DNA of 64,000 nucleotides from Chrysomallon squamiferum (GCA_012295275.1 CM022678.1:15128001-15192000), one strand, 5' to 3'. Counted from the first letter of the stretch, positions 42,224 to 62,612 are shown. The notes: generated by a model not told the origin, from the sequence alone. Made by a program: numbers and translations.

Positions 42224-42604
42224 ATATTAATATTAATATTTATTATTAAATATAATATATTTGTATGTGATTTTATAAAAGAAGTTATTAATATACAGTC
42301 TTTGTTGAAGATTTTTATAAAACCAATTAAATCTTGTAGACTTAAACCTTATCAATTTTCCACAACCGTTGACCCTCAATGAAGTCAATAAAGTCATTGA
42401 AGAAGCAGAAGGGCCCCGCCATGACACCCTGGAAACCAAAGATAAAACTGAAAAACTCCAGCGTGTTCGGCATTCGTCTGAAACACAAAACAAAACTTGC
42501 ATTACACCTCAAGTTATTTCTTATTCTGAGTGCCAGCTGATTTAACTGTTTAATTACCATTACATAGCCTAAACACACACACACAGACAGACAGACAGAC
42601 ACAC

Positions 42605-42672
<68 letters not shown>

Positions 42673-43348
42673 TTGGTTAGATCTGAATGACTAAGATTCT
42701 GGGTTAAGTCTGTGTCTCTCTGTCTCAAAAAAAAGAGAAAGTGTAAAAGCTGTATTTCTCTTTATAAAACTGTTTTCTTTGCTTACTTCACTGCTCTCTC
42801 TTTCTGTTCCTGTTTTAGTTTGAGGCCATTTTCTTGATGTCGTCTCCAGTCTGCAATGCCAAACGCCAGACTTGTCAGTTTCTGAGTTGCCACAGTGATA
42901 GGGCTGAAACAGAGGAACTTAACTGTTAAAAAACAACAATCCAAATGTAAAACAATTATTTTATTTACTGTTGTTTATATACTACAACCTATGTCATCAT
43001 GTCTTCATCACCAGAATGACCTAATTTAATGAAAACTGCTCTCACAGAACATTTATGTATTTCTTGTATTAGGAATTGTGATCGCTAACCCTTTGGACTC
43101 AGGTTATTGTTAAATTAAAAGAAAGACAAAAGCCAAGAAATCACACGTTGAAAAGTGTATACTTTGCCTGGAATGTACTGGCTGACAAATTTACATAGCT
43201 GTCTTCTGTGTTTCTGTAGACTGGGAATAAAACTATTATTTTTAAAATCTTGTTATTTTTATAATTATTGTAATTGTTGTTTTTACTGATTATGATATTA
43301 ATGAATTTAATTCTGTTGTTGCTGTTGATGTTGTTGCTGCTGCTGGTC

Positions 43349-43409
<61 letters not shown>

Positions 43410-46400
43410 ATAGGATTATAATGTCAGGCTATGCAGCAGTGATTCAGAATGTCACTGAAATGATATGTTCAATAAAACTAACAAAAAACAAACAAACCAA
43501 AAGTAAAAACAAACAAGTTCCTCATATCTTAAGTATTTATGAAGCCAGAAAGTCCAAGCATAAATATTTACAGTTAAGAATATTATTACTAAATTGATAT
43601 CATTCAGTGCACATCAGTGTTAGTTTTTGTTCAGTTAATAAGCACAAAAAAAACTATGATTGTATTTCAAAAATAACCTCAGATGGTTAGTTTGTGTGTG
43701 TATATATGTATATATATATACAAAGGTATAATAACTATTTTTAATATTATTATAATCATTAATATATGTTACTGATATTATCAATATGATGATGATGATT
43801 ATTATTATTATTATTATTATTACTATTATTATTATTATTATTATTTGTTCTGATATTCACCTTTCACTGATTTTTCTTTAATCTCATCCTAAAATCAAGT
43901 TATTATGTCAAATGGTTTACAGAGAATTACTGTTTGACAAATTTTTAAAAATCTGTTAAATATTTATGTTCTGTTTAAAAATATTTGTGGATACTCACAA
44001 AATACATTAACAGTAAAACAGTGAACTTACAAAAAGTGTAAAAAGTTAAATAGTGTATTCATAATATAAAAAAGTGTAACTCAAATATATGTAAATAGTA
44101 AAATAGTGTACTCAAAATGTATAGCTCAAAACTGTATGTAAACAGTAAAATAGTGTACTCAAAATGTATAGCTTAAAAATGTATGTAAACAGTAAAATAG
44201 TGTACTCAAAATGTAGGTAAAGAGTAAAAAAGTATAGCTCAAATGTATGTAAATAGTAAATTAGTGTACTTAAAATAGTGTAAACAATAAAATAGTGAAC
44301 TAACAATGTTTATAAACAGTAAAATAGTTTACTCAAAATGTGTGTAAACAGTAAAATAGAATAGTCTGTGTATGTTAATATTAAAAGTGTTCTACTCAGT
44401 GTATCTGAATAGTAAAATAGTGTACTCACAATGCATGTGAAAAGTAAGATTTTACTGGAATGTAAACACTATACTCACAATTAATGTAAATGGTAAAAAT
44501 CTGTGTATTCACAATTAATGTAAACAGAACAAATTATTGGACTCACAATAAATATAAACACTACAACTCACAATAGACGTAAACAGTAAAAACAAATTTA
44601 AAAAACGACTCGCCAACAGTACAGTATGACTGTAAACAGTATACTCACAATAAATATAAACAACAAAACTCACTCAACTCACAATCAATGGAGAAACAAA
44701 AGAGTTAACATAAACATTTAAAGAAAAATGAATATACTCAGTGAATGTAAACAATGGCTTTACTCACAATGAATGTAAACAATGAATGTACTCACAATGA
44801 ATGTAAACAATGAATGTAAACAATGAATGTAAACAATGGATGTAAACAATGAATGTAAACAATGGATGTACTCACAATGAATGTAAACAATGAATGTAAA
44901 CAATGGATGTACTCACAATGAATGTAAACAATGAATGTAAACAATGGATGTACTCACAATGAATGGTCGAAGGTCTGCTCATCGCTGGCTGTCATGAAGC
45001 GCACAATGTTGCACCACAGCAGATATCCCAGTGCAAACATGAACACCGCTCTGCAAGAGTAAACAAATTATTTAAATTATCTTAAACTCTTCACTAGAGT
45101 CTAAGACCACAGCTGCTGCTGGGTCCTAATTTTGCTTTGTGCTGAAGATAAATGGACTAGTTGCTTTGGAAATGGGACGGAATGTTGTAAGAAACCGGGC
45201 ATAATTTTTATCTGAGATAATTAATTATAAAATGCAATAATACACACTATTTGAAAACTGAATGCATTAACTAATATTATTTCAAAGTTAAGACCACAGG
45301 GTATTAAATGAAAATAAACTGTTGAAGAACTGTGTGACAGTTTCGACTTACATGTGAACAAGGTTTGAGGGTAAGAGTAACAAGAGCACGTAACAACCTG
45401 TAGCCTGAAACAAACAGTGCCATAGCTGCCTGAAAACACCAAACAAAAACATAGCAGTAAACTCATTTTCTCTATTCAAGATCAAAAACAAAATATAGAA
45501 CAGGAAAAAAGTAATTTACAGAGCCTATCCAGTATGTAGTTAGTCAAAGCATATGTATGTCAGAGCCTATCCAATACGTAGTTAGTCAAAGCATATGTAT
45601 GTCAGAGCCTATCCAGTATGTAGTTAGTCAAAACATATATGTATCAAATAGAGTTAGTCAAAACATATGTTTGTCAGTGCCTATAGTAATCAAAACATAT
45701 TTATGTTTGAGCCTAACCAGTGCAATATGCAATAAGTCAAACCATATGTATGTCAGTCTATCCAGTACAGTAATGCAGTTGTCAGAAAAATGTAACAATA
45801 TTTATTATTAATTTAAAAAGAAACCTAGGAGTCAATAACAGTGTGTCTATCTATGTACTGAATGACATATTTTATTACAAGTGAAGTGAAATAAATAAAA
45901 TGAACTTACCACCCAATACAGAAGTAGAGGATAATAAAACCTACAACAAGAGAAAATACATGACGGATGGTTGGACTAACTTTGGAAGGATGCAGCAACA
46001 AACGAAAACAAACAGCACACGTCAATGCAAAAACCTGAGAGACAACGTAGTTGATCTGAAAATAAACAATAAAATATAGATTAAAAATGTAATTGATCTG
46101 AAAATAAACAATAAAATACAGATTAAAAATGTAATTGATCTGAAAATAAACAATAAAATACAGATTAAAAATGTAGTTGATCTGAAAATAAACAATAAAA
46201 TACAGATTAAAAATGTAATTGATCTGAAAATAAACAATAAAATACAGATTAAAAATGTAGTTGATCTGAAAATAAACAATAAAATACAGATTAAAAATGT
46301 AATTGATGTGAAAAATAAACAATAAAATAGAGATTAAAAACATAGTTGATCTGAAAAATAAATAAATGATAAAATATAGGTTAAAAACATAGCTGATCTG

Positions 46401-47412
46401 AAAAATAAATAAATGATAAAATAGAGGTTAAAAACATAGTTCATCTGAAAAATAAATAAGCAATAAAATACAGATGTAATTATATAACATAGTTGATGAT
46501 GAAAAATAACAAGAACAAAACGATAAAAAATATTTTATTTTCATGTTGACATTTAGACAAAAAATTATTATAACCCATAGCTGATGTTGAAAAACAATAA
46601 AAACAAAATAATAAAATATTTTACTTTCATGTTGAAATATAGTTGATGTTGAAAAACAAAAACATACTAAAATATTTTATTTTCATGTTGAAATATAAAT
46701 TTTAAAAATTAGTATATTAAAACATAGATTTGTTTAATATCTGAATATAGTATAATTAAAATTCTTAATAACAGCTTTGTCGTTCTTAATGATGGACTTC
46801 TAAACATTTGTTCAATAGAAAATTGGCTGATTATTTTGTAACTATTTTTATAAATATTTAATATTTTAGGGTGCTATACGTTATAGGTGATACGTAATTA
46901 TGTATAATGTCTTTATATAATATCATCATCATCATCATTTATTTATGTTTTTATCACAGTTAGATTTTAATTTAGATACCTTATTTTTTCTATTAATTTT
47001 ATATATTACAACCGTCAGTAGACCTAGTAATATACAAAACAAAACAAACAATAGTGGTTTACATATAATTATTTCAAAAAAGATAATTAAAGGGAATTAA
47101 ATCAATGATTAATTAATTCTGATCACCAGTGTTGAAAAATGTGAAAGAGTAATTGCAAATGAACCGAAATTCAAATAAAAACGAAAATATTCAAAGTGAG
47201 ATTGTTGTACAAATATGTGATGATTTAGTAAACTTTTTATTTTTTATTTTTAATCAGTTATTAAATTATTTCTTAAACCATTGGTTTATTATTATTATTT
47301 CAAAAATATATCACAATAAATGACTTATAATATAAATTTTTTAAAATGGAAATATTTTGAGTTTTAACAGTGCTTAAAATGTATTTCATTTGATTACTAT
47401 TCATTGTTGAAG

Positions 47413-47451
<39 letters not shown>

Positions 47452-48812
47452 GTACAGCTTATAAAAAATCTAGATCTGGGTAGGCAAAGGGAGACAAGTT
47501 TAGCTGGTTTACCGAGAAAAAAATTCAAATGTCAAGTGTTAAAATGATTGATTAATTTATTATTTAAAGTTTGAGATTAAGATTAATTTTTGAAGATGAT
47601 CAAATTGTTATATAATTTCAATTTGTTTTGGTTCACAAGAGAAAGTTTCTACACAAAATAATAATAAATATATTTTCATGCTAAATTTTTAATCATTATC
47701 ATAAGAAGTATTTTCTTTAGTGTATGCATATAATATGGGTGCTTTCGACAGTTACTTCCCCTTTCAATCTTCAAAGGTAGATTTTGATGTTTATATAAAA
47801 AGTACCATTAAACTAAAATTTTATTTCATACTCTGTTAGTAAGTCAGCATATAACTATATTAATTTTTATTAAAATAATGTCGAAACATACAATATTTTT
47901 GTACCTTCCTTTTTTTTTTTTTTTATCTAATTTGTATTATTTATTATTTTTTTGTCTTGTCTTGTCTTATTATTATTATTATTTTATTATTACAGTTATT
48001 ATTATTTTTTTATCATATGTCCATCTGTAGTAATAATAACCTTCAGTTAAGCATATAACTCAATTCTAGTAGTAAAACAGTGACTGAATCTATAACAAGC
48101 CAAATAACAAAAATCTTTTAGTGATCTATTTTATAATCCTTCCAGCCCTTTTTACTAAATTAATTAAGCAAGCAACATAAAAAATAAATAAAACAAATAA
48201 AATAAAATAAACTTTAAAATGCTTAACAATTAGATTAGATATTGTTTACAATTTATATATTTTATTGCTTGTTTTATTAAGGTTTGGGAGCGAGTAGTAA
48301 AATATCTGCACGTGATTATTTTTATTAATTTATTTAACATTAAATATTTTCTATTAAAATTTACTAAATTCTGTTTCATGCATGTGCTACATGCAATGAA
48401 CTATGGTCCAATAGGTTTATTTTTATTACATTTTTTATTTTATTTTTTTAATATAATTTTTTTTTTTTTTCAACCATCATTTAAAACTTATTACAAAGTA
48501 ATGCACTTTTACAACATGTCAAATATTTTGTAAATATGAAGCTATGAACTAAAACTATGATGGGATGTAATCGTCTGATGTAGGAGGTATGAAACGTGTT
48601 GAATCTAGTACGAATGTCAAAATGCCCTGAACAAAACAAAAGCTGTCGATAATACGTGAAAACGCGATACAGCACAGATGACAGTCGTCATGCAGAGGTC
48701 ATATTTAAATAAATGTTAATCTTAATGGCGTTGCAATATTTACCTGATACAGTGGTAAATCAATGTATTTAGTCACGGGTGCAAGCAGAGACGATCCTCC
48801 GTAACTAGCCAT
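37046..48812 (-). CDS. MBOAT1/2: MBOAT1/2-type lysophospholipid acyltransferase, paralog B (491 aa)
   Basis: The 13 exons are 48812-48744, 46055-45910, 45429-45352, 45050-44958, 42903-42787, 42477-42348, 41727-41674, 41241-41151, 40220-40119, 39639-39536, 38656-38459, 38174-38023 and 37187-37046 (1476 nt, open). Motifs: [55 protein letters not shown] and SALWHGIYPGY. The protein ends KSKNV*. Confidence 0.93.
37389..38010. repeat. 22-29-bp minisatellite (AAAGAACTGGACAGATAATTAT..)
   Basis: More than 20 variant units, abutting the exon-12 donor of paralog B. Confidence 0.95.
40415..40585. repeat. 22-bp minisatellite (CACATGTCACTGTTGTACTTGT), about 8 copies
   Basis: Directly visible. Confidence 0.95.
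40605..40740. mobile_element. Possible decayed SINE fragment (molluscan Nin/Deu-domain type)
   Basis: TTTTGTATGCACTTT...GCCTTTGATA..TGGAGCACTGGTTGGAACAAGAATTAGCTCAATG resembles, from memory, a common gastropod SINE core. Not verified. Confidence 0.35.
43990..44965. repeat. Minisatellite built from the exon-4 donor of paralog B
   Basis: TACTCACAATGAATG (the reverse complement of CATTCATT|GTGAGTA) occurs at 44761, 44789, 44869, 44910 and 44951, interleaved with 13-bp TAAACAATGRATG units. More decayed copies extend down to ~43990. Confidence 0.85.
45520..45770. repeat. Degenerate 42-bp tandem repeat (CAGAGCCTATCCAGTATGTAGTTAGTCAAAGCATATGTATGT)
   Basis: Three good copies plus decayed ones. Confidence 0.8.
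46051..46490 (-). repeat. 42-bp tandem array of the exon-2 splice acceptor of paralog B
   Basis: Units start at 46051, 46093, 46135, 46177, 46219 and 46261 (exact 42-bp period), followed by diverged units. Each reads TTGTTTATTTTCAG|ATCAA on the minus strand. Confidence 0.95.
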
Positions 48813-49336
48813 TTCGCGATCAAAGGTCGCATAATCCTCAGGTCATCGTAACGAGCGAACTCAGAGAACGGAAACAAGTTTAGGTTTAGGTTCATGATCA
48901 TTAGTTGACTGGTTCGCGACAGTATCAAATGTACTGAACCATTGCTGAAGAATTAGTTCTCCAGGTTTTTCAAAGCTATTGAATATAAATTGTAAACATT
49001 TTATGGTAGCAGTAATCAGATATAATATACATTTTGCGAAATTAACATTCAGATGATGTATAACATACGCAGTTTTATTAATTTATATTTGATTATTATT
49101 GTTGTTGTTGTTATTATGATTATTATTATTATTATTATTATAATTATTATTATTATTATTTAATTTATTATTATTATTATTATTATTATTTTATTTATTT
49201 ATTTTTTTTTATTTTATTTTATTATTATTATTATTATTATTTTTTTTTTTTTACTTGTGGCGGTACGAATAAAAGGTCAATTTTTTTTTCTTTAACTTAA
49301 TAATTATTACACTGAGCGACTGTCATCGGTGATTAA

Positions 49337-49388
<52 letters not shown>

Positions 49389-50780
49389 TAAATAATAAAT
49401 AAATAATGAAAATTATGAAAATAAACAAATACAAAAATAACTGAAAGCTGCCATTTTACACCTATAGAGTTAAAATGCCCGATAGGACAATCACTACTCA
49501 TTACTCATTATTATTATACTTCATTTTAAAAAAATAAAATAAAATAAGAAGGAAAGAAAGAATGCTAAACAAACAATTCAACCGCATATATAGGTAAAAT
49601 AAATTTTATTAATACTTTCAACAAATTATTTGAAATTTTAACAATGTATTTGAAATTTACCAAATGAAGCACCTAATTTAAAATATACAATAAAAAATGT
49701 TATATATGAACTTTTAACAATTAACAATTAAATGCACACAAACCAAACACAATGAAGTTTACTTTATTCATTATTGTTGAAATACGTAATTAATGGTATG
49801 ACACTGTGCTTAACATTATATTGTTACCATGGTGAATTACTTTAATGTAAAGTGTCCTCTAAAGAAAATCTGTGAAATTCAAACATTAGAAGAATTTAGC
49901 TGATGACTGAGATTAAGCACAGACCACTGCAGTTATCAATTCAGATTTGAAAACTTTTAAAAAATAAACAAAGTCAGCATAACATCATTTAACCATCAAA
50001 CTTACGAAAAAAAAAATTAAAATAAATAGAACATGATGATGAATTTAAGGAAGAAAAAATTACTGTAAACAAAAACAGATACAAAATAAACATAAAAGAA
50101 TAAATTATTATACTTCAAAGAATTGTGATGAAAGAAATATAAAAATGAAAAGAAAAATCAAAGGATAAAATTTACCATGAATCTTAATCTAATTTTAATC
50201 AAACTGTTCATACAAATAATACATTTCAAACTAGAAAGTGGTAAGTGGGAGAGGAATGACACATCTGTTATCATTTGCACACTTCAATAAAATAACACAC
50301 TTCACAACAGTTATCCCAATTATTTATATTACAATTCATCAGTAATAAATAAATACATAAAAACAACAGCTGTGATAATCAAATGGCGTTAACTGAGAAA
50401 TCTGTAAGTATTCAATTAGTTTTACATAAAGACTGGAAAACAAAATTTTCTTTTTCATTCTTTTACCAGTTGTTTGTTCTTGTTCTTATTTATTTTTTGC
50501 ATTATTTAAATTCTTTTTTTTTTCTTTTTTATGTTCAGCTATTTAATATTTTCATATCAGAGGAGTTTTTAATAACATGGCAAGAAATAAGCAGCACAAT
50601 ATTGGCAGTGTGGTTTTACAATATTAGAAAAGTTTCCAACCTTGAAACAGGATTTAGTATATAAATCATACATTCAGTTCAATTCAGTTGTAATGAGCAT
50701 GGTTGCTGGTCCTATTTAGAAACAATTTACATATTTCTTTAAATAGACAAATTTTTATTTATTGTTATTCCAATTATAAA

Positions 50781-56919
<6,139 letters not shown>

Positions 56920-57539
56920 TGCTACTTCAAAAAAGCAGTCTGAAAATAAATTAACACAATAAATTTAATAATAATAATAAGAATAATAATAAGAATAATT
57001 TTGTGTCATCAACTTTTTATTATTATTATTAATAATATATTATCAATTTCGTTTGTTTCTTATTATTTTTATTATTATTTATTTATTTTTATTTATTTAT
57101 TTATTATAGTTGTCGGTTTTTTCTCATTTTATTTGTTTATTTCATTATTTAATTTTTTAATTTTTTGTGTGTGCGTTTTTTAATTTTTTGTTTTTTATTA
57201 TTGCTTCCCTGTCAAAATATTTCGCAGTGAATAGAATTATTTGTGTGTTTATTAATACTATTAGTATTACGTTTTTTAATGTGTCGATTATTTTACGTTT
57301 TTAATCACACAATTATAAGACATTTTATGATTTTTTGACTAAACTGCTTATTCAAAGTTTAGAATTCTCATCGATTAACTTGTTCAGCAGAATTCTGTTT
57401 CAAACATAAAATTTTCATACGCTGTCAAACAGCGGCAGATGTAAATACTATTATTTTATTATTATTTTTTTTTTAAATCAAAAATAAATAAAAAATACAA
57501 AAAGTTAAAGAGAACGTAACTCCTGCTAGTGCTACTTAC

Positions 57540-57800
57540 TTGAACGTGTAATTATTAATGACTAGATTATTAAAGATGGTGAACTGTCAGTTTCTACATT
57601 TAATTAATAATTAAGTTTTCTGCAGTACTTCTGAAGTGACGTTTCGTTAAACAGGAGTTTCAAGTTTGTTTATGAACTGATTTTTAATCTTTGTTAGTTC
57701 TTTCACTTCCTACTACTCGGCGTCTTTCTCGCAACAAACGTGAATAAGCGAGATCACAACACATTACAATAGTTTCGTGGCAGACTGAAAGAGAGGGCTA
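57540..57800 (-). promoter_or_regulatory. Probable CHID1 promoter and non-coding first exon
   Basis: There is a donor CAA|GTAAGT at 57540/57539 and an acceptor TTTCAG at 56940, upstream of the ATG. CpG is locally retained. Confidence 0.45.
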
Positions 57801-57976
57801 CACCTGTTCAAACTCTGATCTATAAGTATTTATAATTAAATTCCATTCAGTGCGAAATATTCTGATAGGGAAGGAATAATAATAAAAAAATTTAAAAATT
57901 AAAAAACACACACAAAAAAGTAAAATTTGTGTAGTTAAAAATATCTTTTTGGGATTGAACTGTTCCCACATCGATA

Positions 57977-58103
<127 letters not shown>

Positions 58104-59510
58104 TTAAATGCTAAGTGTTTAATAGCTGTTTTAGATCTTATAAGACCATTTTGAAAATGCTTTTGTTTAAAAAAAATAATAAATGATACCGACGAGAAAT
58201 AAAACATTTAATTTCGTTTATGTTTTTTTTAGTATTATTGTTATTTAGGATTGCAGGATAAAAGAAATAACATCTTATAGTCGAATGATGGATGCAGTTT
58301 AACAGAACTTCGCTGCAAATGCACTATTCTAACCTTCGCAGGATGAAGCTCCTATCTTAAGACAGTAACCAGTTAGTTATTCTGTCTGTAAGCCAATGCA
58401 TGTATTATGTATGCATGTAAGTATACATGTATGTATGTATGTGTGTATGTATGTATGTGTGTGTGTCTCTGTGTTATTTGTTTCTGTGCATGTATATAGA
58501 ACGCAGTATGTACGTTAACACTTCTCTTCTTTCACACTCATTAGTATATGGTTTATCATTTTTGACGATAAACTATCAAAATCTGTGCATTTAAATAGCT
58601 TTTAAAAAGATCGTTAGTGAATGTCAATCTTTATGAGCTATTTAACATGTTTACCTATCATTTTTAAATATAACAACAGGCTTTATTTAAAACAGTCTTG
58701 TCCAGTGTCTATAGACTCATCCAAGTTCGTGATAACTAACTCTGAAATCTCAGAAAACTAGCTCGTAATCCTTGTTAAGTATGACGTCATCGGCTGTCAG
58801 AAACGAGGCTCGTGTGTATTCCCGCATTAATTCGCTCGCTACGTATTTGATAATCTGGAATGTTGCTCGTCTGACGAGGTGTGATTTGTTTCCGTATTAT
58901 TTTTGGTGAAAATTATTCATTTCATTCAGCCATGACTATTATAAATAAAAAATCGTTTAAGACTTTATTTTTGTATTTATTTTAAATCGAAATAGATACC
59001 TACCCCAAAGATATTATACTCCCCCAACCCATACTTTTACCAGAGGATTTCGAATGCTTAACATTTGCGTAAGAGGAACACTTAAACGTACTTTTCATTG
59101 TTCTGTAAAATCACAGATTTCATAATAACTATTACCGTAAATTTTTCCTGCAGTTTCAACTTTGTCACTGAATTCAAATTTCGAGCGAAGTTATCGGAAA
59201 TGTTAAGTAGCTCTTCAATCTCGGTAAATCATTCCAATGCAGAACATTATTTCATGAAGTAAGTACCTTTCCTGTTTAACCAAAATCCATAAAGGAATTT
59301 TGTGAATCACTGAATTCGTCTTCCTCTATAATTTATGAATATGAAGTACGTTAGATACACAACAGCTACAAACAATGTCGCGGTTTGTCTAGACGGTGTC
59401 AAAAACCAAGGGCGGTTCCAAGGTCAAAGGTGGACCTAATTTTTTTAGAAAATAAATTGTAACATGATGGTACCAATAATCTCTGTCTTTCACAGCATAT
59501 ACACAAAAAT

Positions 59511-59589
<79 letters not shown>

Positions 59590-60709
59590 TTTCCTTTACA
59601 TTAGATAAACCTATGACCATCCAAAGATTTTGTTAGAATATACTAAAATCATCCGTGACAAATGATAATAATAGCAATAGCAGAAATAGTAATAGTAGTA
59701 GTAGTAGTAATAATAATAATAATAATAATAATAGAAATAATAATAACAATAATAATAACAATAAGAAGTTGATGATGTATCTAACAAGATTGCGAATTTT
59801 TATTTGTATATAATTATTTAATATTCTTAAAATAAATAAATAAATAAATAAATAAATTATAGTAATATAATAATCGTAACGAATCAGAAGCATATCGAGC
59901 TGACACAGATAACTGTTTGTTTCTGTCACAGATCAGCAGGAACTCCGAGTATTGTTCATTCATCTAATGTTTCAGTGATATCATTGAAGTACAAAGGCGG
60001 AACACTTCTGGTATATTTCAATGTGTTTCGGAAATGACTTTTCACAATAAGGAATTGGATGAGGAAAGATTTCTGTAACTGCAGTCGGATATTTTACCGC
60101 TTCCACTTGAAGCGGTTGGAGTGATGTGAAAAATCACACGAGACAAAACACAGTGAAGATGCGTCACCCGACCAACCACAAAATGATCTTCAGCAATTAG
60201 AGACTGTTTACAGGGGAGATAAACTTGTTTTTCTTCTTCTGCTACCTCTTGGCGCCGCCATTTTTCTGTAATCATGACGTCTGGGTAGATCAGTTGCTCT
60301 GGTTTCTTATATCGTTGGCGGTACATTATAGCTAACAGGTCTATTCTGTACGACATGACGTCACGAGTCTTGTTAAGATTCATCCATAGATCAATGTCTT
60401 CCCAATAATAAAAGTGTTATCGTACGATTTGATTCTCCCAACTTTTAAATTTAAATTACAGTAATTTGACTAGTTAGTGTATAAAAGTGTATTCCATATA
60501 TTTAAGTCTTTAGTTACGGGTTTGTTTCTCTAGAAATGTTTTGACACTAATTTGTTAAGCGTTTGTGACAGAGATTTCAAGTCGTTAAAAAGAGTGATAC
60601 TGTAGCGATGACATTTCTGTTTAGAATTATCTGATATAGCGACAACATCGGAGTTCAGAACCTGAAGAGCGATATGAACAAATGAACAATTATTACAACA
60701 AACTGTTAA

Positions 60710-60913
60710 CACGTGATAGCTACAAGTATTTAAAAATTACTGGCTGTTGTGAAAGTTAATATATGCTTTCATTTAGTTATATTTTCAGTAAAAAAAAAAA
60801 AAACCACCCAAAACCCCAAAACACGAAGTAGCTGTACCTGCACTTATATTCTGTTTGTTTTAATAAAACACTAGAAGTTTCATGGTTTTAAAACCGTACA
60901 AGGATTTGTCGGA

Positions 60914-60954
<41 letters not shown>

Positions 60955-62567
60955 GAATATTATTTTGTAGCTTTCAGGAATATTTATTAATTTCTTTTTC
61001 TCTTCATTCTTTTCTTTTTTTTTTTTTTTTTTTTCTTTTTTTTTTTTCTTGGATATTTTTACTTTATGTAAACTGAAATTACAGTTTGAATATTTAAATC
61101 AACTTTATATAAAATTATTTAGACTGACGTCAGTTATTTTTGAAGTAACCAAATAGCTCTGGTATTAAATAACAGAAGACTATCAAACCCCAAATTTTGG
61201 AACAAAGAACCTGAAGTCATAAATAAAAGGTTGAAGAATAATAGTTGTTTGAAGGATTTTTGTCACATCAGTGATATTTGTTTATACGCTGCGTCTGTTG
61301 ACCGGAGAATAGCATCCAGTTACAACAGACAGTATCATAAACACGATCAGACACTACGCAGCGAAAATGATCAGTGAAAACGAAACCAGTATGTGGTAAG
61401 TACCAGTCTAAAGCGTCACGTGATAGAAAAACTTGTGGTTTATTAGCGTAATTCGTCAACCAGACGACTGGATGGTCTAGTAACCTTACAATGATGTCTT
61501 TACTGTGTTCGATAACATCTTTGTCTTTGCTTGAATTAAAGCGAATGTTTTATTGCCCGTTTAAGAAAAAGATGAAACAGAGGAAACTGTAATATTTCTT
61601 TCAAAGACGATAATCGTTTCAAACCAGTAACAGTATTTATAATAATGTTTTAAGTTTACAGCAAGAAATAGAAATACGCTGACAGTTTGAAATTGTTCTC
61701 ACTGATAACAGTATTAGAACAGTAAACTTAAAAATAATCATTTATTATTTCGACCCGTTCGCTGGGTAACATAGTTTCAAAGACTAAGCCTGTGATTTAT
61801 GTGTCTCATTGGTTTAAAACATTTTAATGAATGCCTGGGTTAATTTTAATATATTTCTAATAATTTAAGTGGATTTTTGGTTAACTGTAAAATATTCCTA
61901 ACGTTATATTTTAAATGAATTGTAAATGGGTTAATTGTAAAACATTTCTAATGTATTGTTTTAAAACTTAATGAATACCTTTTAATAATAAATCAGACAT
62001 GTTATTGACGGCTGTTAGTTATTTTACTATTAGTTATTATTAGTTATTTCTGTCTATTTTCTTATGTAATGAGAGAAAAAATCTACTGTTGCCATTCACG
62101 CCAACCACTGAAACATTCACATCCATGAACCGGTTCACAGCAACGTCGCATTAACAACAAATAAATAAATAAAAACATCGTCGGGGCGAAGCTTGGAACG
62201 ACAAATAGTTCAGTGGACGTCGACAGCAGCAGACAACGCTTCAAGTGAAGTTTTAACTACAGAGCTGCAGCTCAAGTTACGTGAAAGAAAAAAACTAAAA
62301 ACGTTGGTATTACATGACGGTTATATGGATGTGATAGAGATAGCGTGTGTGCGTGTATGTGTTTCTGTGTTTTTACATTTTTGTGTGCACTTGTTTGTAT
62401 AGCTACATATATATCTATATGTGTGTGTATGTACGTACGTGTGTATGTATGCATTATGTACATGTTTGTGTTCATGTGTATGTATGTATATCTTTAAATG
62501 CATATCTGTGAATGTATAGAAACGATTTATTCATACTACATATGTATATATTTGTATATTTGTGTGC

Positions 62568-62612
<45 letters not shown>

